NCBI GenBank assembly: GCA_900617105.1
Contig: UYFQ01000214.1
Span: 1 to 43,959, forward strand
Length of the DNA: 43,959 nt
From: Hydrurus foetidus
Lineage: Eukaryota
Reading direction: 5' to 3'
Below, piece after piece: positions 37,601 to 43,959 of the stretch. Below the pieces are notes generated by a model. That model did not search any database and was not told where the DNA came from. It saw only the letters and a program-made list of their open reading frames with translations. Each line of letters begins with the position of its first letter. Positions within the stretch are counted from its first letter, which is position 1. The translations under genes and the position numbers were made by a program.

Positions 37601-38477
37601 CTGTTGTCGTCGTTGAATGGGTGTCGTAGCCGCGACGACCATCGTTGTCGTAGTCGTGGCTGTCGTCATTCTGACGGTAATTGTCGTTATAACGACGATT
37701 ATCGCTCTGACGTTGATTGTCATTGCGGCGATCATCGTTATATTGACGTCCCTCGTTATCGTAACGAACGTCGTTACGGTGCTCCGTACCGTATGAAGGG
37801 CCCGTATTACGGTTGTCCCTGGGAGGGTTGGAGTCATCGTAGTTACGACGATTGTCGTTGTGACCTTGATTGTCATCATTAGAACGTCGATAATCGTTGT
37901 TGTTTCGATTATCGTCATTGTATTGACGTTGGTTAGAATCGTGGCGTTGACGGTTATCGTAACGATTACCGTCACCACCGTCTTCGCTACCACTTTGTTG
38001 ATTCTGAGTGGGCGAGTAGTCGCCCGTTGCATCTCCGTCGACGGGGTTATTCCGACGAGTTGAGTTGTCGTAACTGTCGAGGCCCTGACGACGGAGATAT
38101 CGTTGCGGGGGTGAATCTATACGGCGGCGAGGGTTAGTATCGCCGTCGTCATCATCCCGGTCAGGGTTGCCGTTATGGCGTGTCTGTTGACGATTTGCGT
38201 CTGACGAACGCAACGTGACATTGTCATGTTGTCGCGTTGTCTGAATGTCGTCGTCGTCGTCGTTATGACGATTAGGCGGCGCCTGATTGGAACTGTTGGT
38301 AGGTCCCAGTATTGTTACTGGGAATACCGGTCGATCAGTTCCATCAGACGCAGCTACTGCTGTCGGCGCTGTTGGTGTCGACTGAGTTTTCGAAACAGTC
38401 GTCGCTGCCGGAATTAATTGAGTGGTTAATTCGGCGAGCGACGGCGATATCTCCGAAGAGTCATCGGATAACGGCAT
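31406..38477 (-). CDS. A2 gag-pol polyprotein (probably a single frame; several 1-nt frameshifts, mostly in homopolymers)
   Basis: Contains an N/D/R/Y-rich N-terminus, CCHC, ALLDTGS, RT YLDD, RNase H (YTDASDYG, KEAYAI), integrase HHCC + DDE (IDFIG, SDRGSHF, IVERVN), GPF and a chromodomain. Confidence 0.88.
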
Positions 38478-38532
38478 CGTTAGATGACTTATGTCTTGAC
38501 AATTTAAATAGCGAGAGTCGCCAAAAAAATTT

Positions 38533-39420
38533 TGCAAGGGCTTCGCCTCGTGCCGTTTGGATGAAAATCAAACAGACGATTAGGCGAAGCAAATAAGTCA
38601 AGCAGGTTCTGGACGGATGAATGAATCAATCCGTACAAAATAAGTCGGGATTGGGAGACTTGCTCGACCAACCACGAGAACGGCGTGGAAGACAAAGCTA
38701 TCCACGGACGTCAGCCAAGCAAAGCTTGAGGCGAGAGATGGGCAGAAGTTAACGGAGTTAACTCTGCACAAAAATTTGGGATTGCTGAGATGAAACTCAA
38801 GCAACCACAAGACAGTCAAGTATCGGGAGAGAAATCTCAACCGAGTGACTAAGTTTACGGCAACCAGACTTCGGAGACTTGCTCGCGATAGTAAGAATTG
38901 CTCGCAAACGAGAATTTCGAATAAAATTCGAGATTCTCCACGCAGGTAATCGGTATGGGATTGCTGAGATGAAACTCAAGCAACCACAAAATAGTCAAGT
39001 ATCGGGAGATTCCGAGTGACTAAGTTTACGGCGACCAGACTTCGGAGACTTGCTCGCGATAGTAAGAATTGCTCGCAAACGAGAATTTCGAATAAAATTC
39101 GAGATTCTCCACGCAGGTAATCGGGAGAGTTAGGGCAGCAGGGTAGTGTAGAGGATGGTAGCTTAGAGTAGGAGGATAGGGTCTAAAGAAGAGAAACTAA
39201 AGGAAGTAGATCTACTGTGACCTTGGAGGGCAAAAGAAGAAAGTCTAAAGGCTAAAAGGAGCTTGTTAGTTAGGGATGCAAACAGAAGGTACGCTAGTAA
39301 CTTCTGCAAAGCAGCACAAACTAGCTAGTGACTGATAGTCGTGGCTGTGAACACGAAGGTACTAAGGTGGAAACAGCATCTAATCGGCTGAATGGGGTAG
39401 CAGACCCTGAGGGAGCCACA
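38533..39420 (-). repeat. 5' LTR of A2 (~888 bp; inner boundary inferred)
   Basis: Homologous to 5198-6092. Confidence 0.75.
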
Positions 39421-41641
39421 GCTTGCATTTGCACTGCATCACGAAGTAGTTGCGCGCAGAATGACATGAAGTCGTAGATAATAGCCAAAGAGAGAATACG
39501 TAGAAGTCGCCATGGAATGTCAGGATGCTCCATGATGTATCTGATAGCCACAAAGTACTTCTCCACGTTTCTCATGTTTGATTGGTAAAACCCATAGTCG
39601 TCGGAATGATAGAATTTGTCGGAGAGAGGGTTGAAGTTCATATAACTGAAATTTTCGGAACCCTCCCTGTCTGGAATCAACACGTCGGCGTTCAAGAACC
39701 TGTTTCCAATTTTGTAGAGCATTCGCATAAGCCGTTTGTCTGCTGTACGAACATCTTCTCGGATTTTCACGGATCTCGAGATGGTTGGACTCTCTGAAAG
39801 CCATGTGAATGCCACCAAGATGTGTACCATCCTTGGTTCAGCTGCTGTCAGGTCTTGGAAGCTGACAACAATTCCGGAGAGAGGATCAGTAGGAGATCCA
39901 TCGTAGTCGCTGGGAGATGAACCGGCGAATCTGTTATACTTCTCGACCGAGTTGAGCATTGTGAACAGGTGACGTCTGATCTCACGAAGTCTTGGAAAGG
40001 GCTCAAGGTGGTAGAACTCTGGGAACTCTGCAATGGATGTCGTTGATTGTTCTTTGAAGCGAAGAACATTGAACCGATCGATATGGTTGCTAGATCCATC
40101 GCCATTGAAATACTGAGGATCTCCTGTTGTCAGCCGTCAACATCAGCAGATTGTAAAGTCCTGATGGTTGTAAGTTGGTTCAGCGAATATCCAGCTGGAT
40201 TCTTTGCCGTTGCAACTCCTTTGGGATATCCAACCAGTGACCGATGGGAATCTGACACGATGATTGGTTTCTTGAAAGGAAACTTCGGTGGAGTCTTCTG
40301 ATCTTTCTTGAGAGGAGGTGGGTTCTTGTTGGGCTTCTTGTCAGATGGTGCTCCCTTGTTTGGCGGCGCTGCTGCATGTGAATACTTGCATGAGGAACCG
40401 TTGGTACATAGGCCAGCGATGTGACGTCTGCACAGCTCCAAGGTTGGAGTAAGGGAAGCCATCTTGTGAGCTACCGCTGGGGCAGGATCAAGAAGCACAA
40501 GGTATTTGATGGTGTCGTCGTAGGATGCCTTTGACGTCTTTGATGAGGCCATGATTGATAAGACGCTGAATCTTGCATCATGCTCCAGCTTTTCTTGTAG
40601 ATGGTAAAGCTTTTGATCATCAGTGACGGGCACGCCACTTGCGACTTTGAGGACTCTGAAGGCCTCTTCGATGGTTGCCACATTCTCCTGAATGGTTTGT
40701 GTGGACTTGAGCTTCAGGGAGTGGAGCTGATCCGTTGCCTTCCTGATGTCGCTGTTCTTTGTGCCGTTGATGTGATCGTAGATAGTCTTGAACCATAAGA
40801 CCGCATCGTTGTCGGCAATCACACGCTTGATCAAATAATGTAGATCTTTCCCAGTAACCATGTTGAGAATAACCAATAAGCGATCCAAATCGTGTAATCT
40901 TTTGTAGATGTCATCGGCTGGGATGACATCATACAATCCTTCTTCTGCTAATACCAGTGACCTAGGTGAATACCCTCCAGGGTTCCGAGCAGTAATGACT
41001 GGTAACTCACGATCGCCTTTGGCTAATGTAAGAAGTTTACATTCACCTAGAGCGACCATGAACGTTTCCATGTTGTCGCGGTTGTCCTTCCCAGAGTTGG
41101 AAAACTTGGGCATCGAAAAGAAGAATTTCGATTGCGCAGAGGTTGTATCCAGGTATTCCGATATGGGCACCGATAGGATAGAAGAAGCCTTGGGCGTTGA
41201 AGCAGTTGGAATAGAAGCAGATCCAACTGTTGATTTCGGTTGGGAGACCAACGGTGGAGGCTGTTGGATCTTAGAAGACATAATGTCGATGAGCCTTGCC
41301 ACATCGGCGAAGGAAAATCTTGTCTCTGCATCCTGAGCCTCCAAATTGTCCGAAAATAAAGTTGTCGCTGTGGCTCCGAGATTCCGCGCCCGAGGTGCTA
41401 AAGGTGGTGTCGGAACAACCTCCTGATTTTGAAGGGCTAATTCCACCTCGTCTAGAAAATCACTATTTGGATTTTCTAAAGGAGGAATTGCTCCTGTCCT
41501 AGATCTTGTAACTCGACCAGTGAAGATGGGTTGAGTTGCTTCGATCAGAGTTCCGAACGGATTTTGAAGGAGATCGGCAAGAGCCGGAGGAGAGTCTGTG
41601 CTGGACATATCGAACTCGTCTTCAGATCCATTGTCACTCAT
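39421..41641 (-). CDS. Copia Gag with CCCH finger and an extra downstream domain (1-nt frameshift at ~40130; truncated at 39421)
   Basis: 503-aa ORF 40130-41641. Adding one G (GGC TG[G] ACA) continues the frame into ORF 39321-39959, whose final VAPSGSATP… is A-LTR sequence. Confidence 0.75.
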
Positions 41642-41719
41642 GATTGCAGGGCTCTGAAAGTTGAGGAAGGAAATTCAGAATCCTGGAATCCACGGCAATC
41701 GTTTAATCACTATAAACAA

Positions 41720-41728
41720 TCGCTACCA
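41720..41728 (-). promoter_or_regulatory. Primer-binding site, tRNA-Met(i)-like
   Basis: TGGTAGCG immediately follows the LTR-terminal CA, resembling the Ty1 iMet PBS. Confidence 0.7.
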
Positions 41729-42638
41729 TGTAAGACTAAATACAAGATGTCACCTTCTAGCGTTCGCAGCGAAGGTGGAGAAGCAGCTGCAGGCTACTGT
41801 CTCAATTCAGTGAGCTATCGAGTAGACGAAGCTGTGAAGTACAACGTATTAAATTCTGATTAGAGTTTACAGATAGCCACGCAAAAGAGCTATCAGAACA
41901 GTTCATGACAGTGAAACTACCTTGAGACAAAGTTCACAGCGAGATGTGTTGTTCATAGCATGTGCTTGAGGAACGTTGCATGAATGCTTATAGTAACGAA
42001 GTGTTTTGGCGATACTGAAGAATCATGAAAGGCGAACGTTCATTTGCGTGAGGTCAGAGGGTTCGTACTAACTGATACATGGCGATAGTACAGGGGTACG
42101 TATGCGTGTATATGTATATGAACGTACATGCGTGAGTACTAACTGCTATATGGCGATATTATAGAATACGCATGCATGTATGTATAAGAACGTACATGCG
42201 TAAGTACAGTGGTACTTACGTATGTACGCCTATACATCTATGTACTACGCTATTGGCGATCGTACATACGTACATATTATATATGTACATACATGTGTAA
42301 GTACGTGTGTGTACGTATGCATATAATAATTTGTACTAACATGTGCACGTACGTATGTACGTGTGTGCGTGACCATACAAGTGTACGCTATGCTATATGC
42401 GTGCGTACGTACGTACGTACATATTGACTATGTACGTACATGTGTAAGTACATGTGTGTACGTATGCATAAATGAGTATGCACTAACATGTGTAAGTACG
42501 TGTGTACGTGTGCATGTTATCATATCTGCATGTGTACTTACGTACGTACGTGTCGCATAACGTACATGTATATATTTGAAACTATATTTGCAACTATATT
42601 ACTACAGACATATCTTGATAGAATCAAGTGGTCTGACA
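41729..42638 (-). repeat. Copia LTR (910 bp) shared by two tandem internal regions
   Basis: 7/8 terminal inverted repeat (TGTCAGAC / GTCTTACA), a PPT-like ACGGGGAG on one side and a PBS on the other. Confidence 0.8.
42060..42575. repeat. Low-complexity alternating purine-pyrimidine (TACG/TATG/TACA) tract within the Copia LTR U3
   Basis: Read directly. Includes the duplicated gtactaactg…tggcgata motif at ~42066 and ~42136. Confidence 0.85.
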
Positions 42639-42770
42639 CTCCCCGTAGTGAAGATGTAGTGTAAAATAATGCATGTTTACTTATGAGCTACCTTTATAAT
42701 ATTAGAATTAACATAGTATATGTGTGATCAAGACAAATACAATATTAAAACATAATTAGTATAGTGCTGT

Positions 42771-43959
42771 TTAAAGATTTCGTCTCTGAGACTGATCTAT
42801 AATTTGATTTAGAAGTTTATTAAATATTGGTGGAGAAACTCTTTTAGTACCGATATCTGAATTATTATCGCACGATTTCACTTTAACAACTACGCAAGTA
42901 CCATCAGCAACCTTCTTTTTGACCCAGTTTTCGGTGAGGTCGAGGTGCCTTAGGTTGCGTGTCATGTGTGTTGGCTTTGAATGGTATATACAGGCTTGGT
43001 TGTCTTCTTCAATAGAGGTTGGACCTTGGACCCATCCCACCATGTTTAGGATGCCTCTGTTGGCTATGATCTCCGCCTTGAGTGTGTGGTTAACAGCCTT
43101 GATTTCCGACTCTGCCGTAGATGTTGATATGCTGCCTTGGTCCGTGGAACACCAGCAGATAAGGTTACGGCCGAGGTATCCAAGGTATGCAGTCTGGGAG
43201 TGGCTATTGTCGGGATTACCACCCAAATCTGCATCGCATTGAAACCGGAGTTGAAGTAGCGTTGTCATAGTCTCGATGTCTCTGGGTCCATCGTGTCCAT
43301 GGAACACTAGTCGATCACTTCGTGCGTACTTGCAGTACTGCAATAAGTGTTTGAGGAATTTAATATGTCTGGGACCTGGGTTGTTACCATAACGGGATAG
43401 TACATTGAGTGCATACAGAATGCCGACCATGGTATGTACCATACCGTACATTAGTTGACCCACGAACCTCCTGTACGGGTATTTCATACACTGCATACGT
43501 TCCTCAGGGTAGAAGCGTTGTCTAGTTTTGACAATGCAGGTTCTTGGTCCCCAGTTGGGTATGGTAAGTGCATGTCCTTCGCACCAGATATATTAGCCTC
43601 TTTTATTATTGAATCAATCATGCGATGTTGATCCATATAATATGTGCCATCTTCATCACGCTGAATACGAATACCAACGAACTCCTTGTCAGTTGCATCA
43701 GTGACTTCATATTTGTGTGCATTGAAGGTGGCGATAATCAGATCCCATTCATCAAGTTTGTCCGAAGGACCAAACCATCTGAAGTCATCACTGTGAGCGA
43801 TGATAAGCATGGGTCTACCATCTGTGGTCCATTTAAAGAAGAACTTGAGGTCCCAGGGTGTGTTTTGTAACCACACTCGAAGATACAAATATCAAACTCT
43901 ATGGAAAAGTTTTGCCTGCAGGTGGGAATCCATAAAGATTGCCGACAGCCTGAAAGCAG
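42771..43959 (-). CDS. Copia C2 pol C-terminus: reverse transcriptase and RNase H (frameshift near 43500; continues beyond the right edge)
   Basis: Motifs FVGIRIQR…YMDQHRMI, PYRRFVGQLMY, CDADLGG, STSTAESE, EDNQAC, RHLDL and NNSDIGTK. Confidence 0.92.

Larger units (their letters stand above)
30853..39420 (-). mobile_element. Ty3/Gypsy chromovirus family A, copy A2 (near full length; 3' LTR truncated), inserted in a Copia element
   Basis: Domain order gag-PR-RT-RH-INT-chromodomain. LTR starts TGTGGCTCCC at 39420 and 31032, with a PPT next to the 3' LTR. Confidence 0.97.
39421..42638 (-). mobile_element. Ty1/Copia element C1: LTR, PBS, gag and unknown domain, interrupted by A2
   Basis: LTR TGTCAGAC…GTCTTACA is followed directly by TGGTAGCGA. 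Gag has a Copia UBN2-like region (LHSLKLKSTQTIQENV…VPVTDDQKLYHLQEKL). Confidence 0.85.

Noticed and set aside
33084..37620. Programmed gag-pol frameshift in family A
   Set aside because: The frameshifts differ between A1 and A2 and fall mostly in homopolymers. Family B reads gag to protease in one frame.
42209..42560. Cys/Tyr/Val-rich short ORFs
   Set aside because: Translations of the low-complexity LTR tract.

Overview
Eukaryotic, repeat-rich window. The host is probably a photosynthetic stramenopile (ochrophyte), inferred from a bipartite signal+'AF' plastid-targeting N-terminus. Left to right: (1) Gypsy/chromovirus copy A1 (1-6092, minus), inserted into the pol region of (2) a related Gypsy family B (6093-9843, minus); (3) a possible gene stub cut by B; (4) one clear host gene, a two-exon, probably plastid-targeted divergent lipoxygenase-like gene (10636-12580, plus); (5) an ~18.1 kb, nearly homogeneous tandem array of roughly 82-83 units, each a 183-bp core plus 4-9 copies of the telomere-like hexamer TTAAGG (12726-30852); (6) near full-length chromovirus copy A2 (30853-39420, minus), whose 3' LTR is cut off at the array and matches A1 rather than its own 5' LTR; (7) two tandem Copia units sharing one LTR (39421-43959, minus), with a CCCH finger in Gag, an extra unknown domain and an HSDD RT motif. 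Many single-base frameshifts lie in homopolymers and may be sequencing errors. No CRISPR, tRNA or rRNA is supported. All calls come from reading motifs by eye, and no database searches were run.
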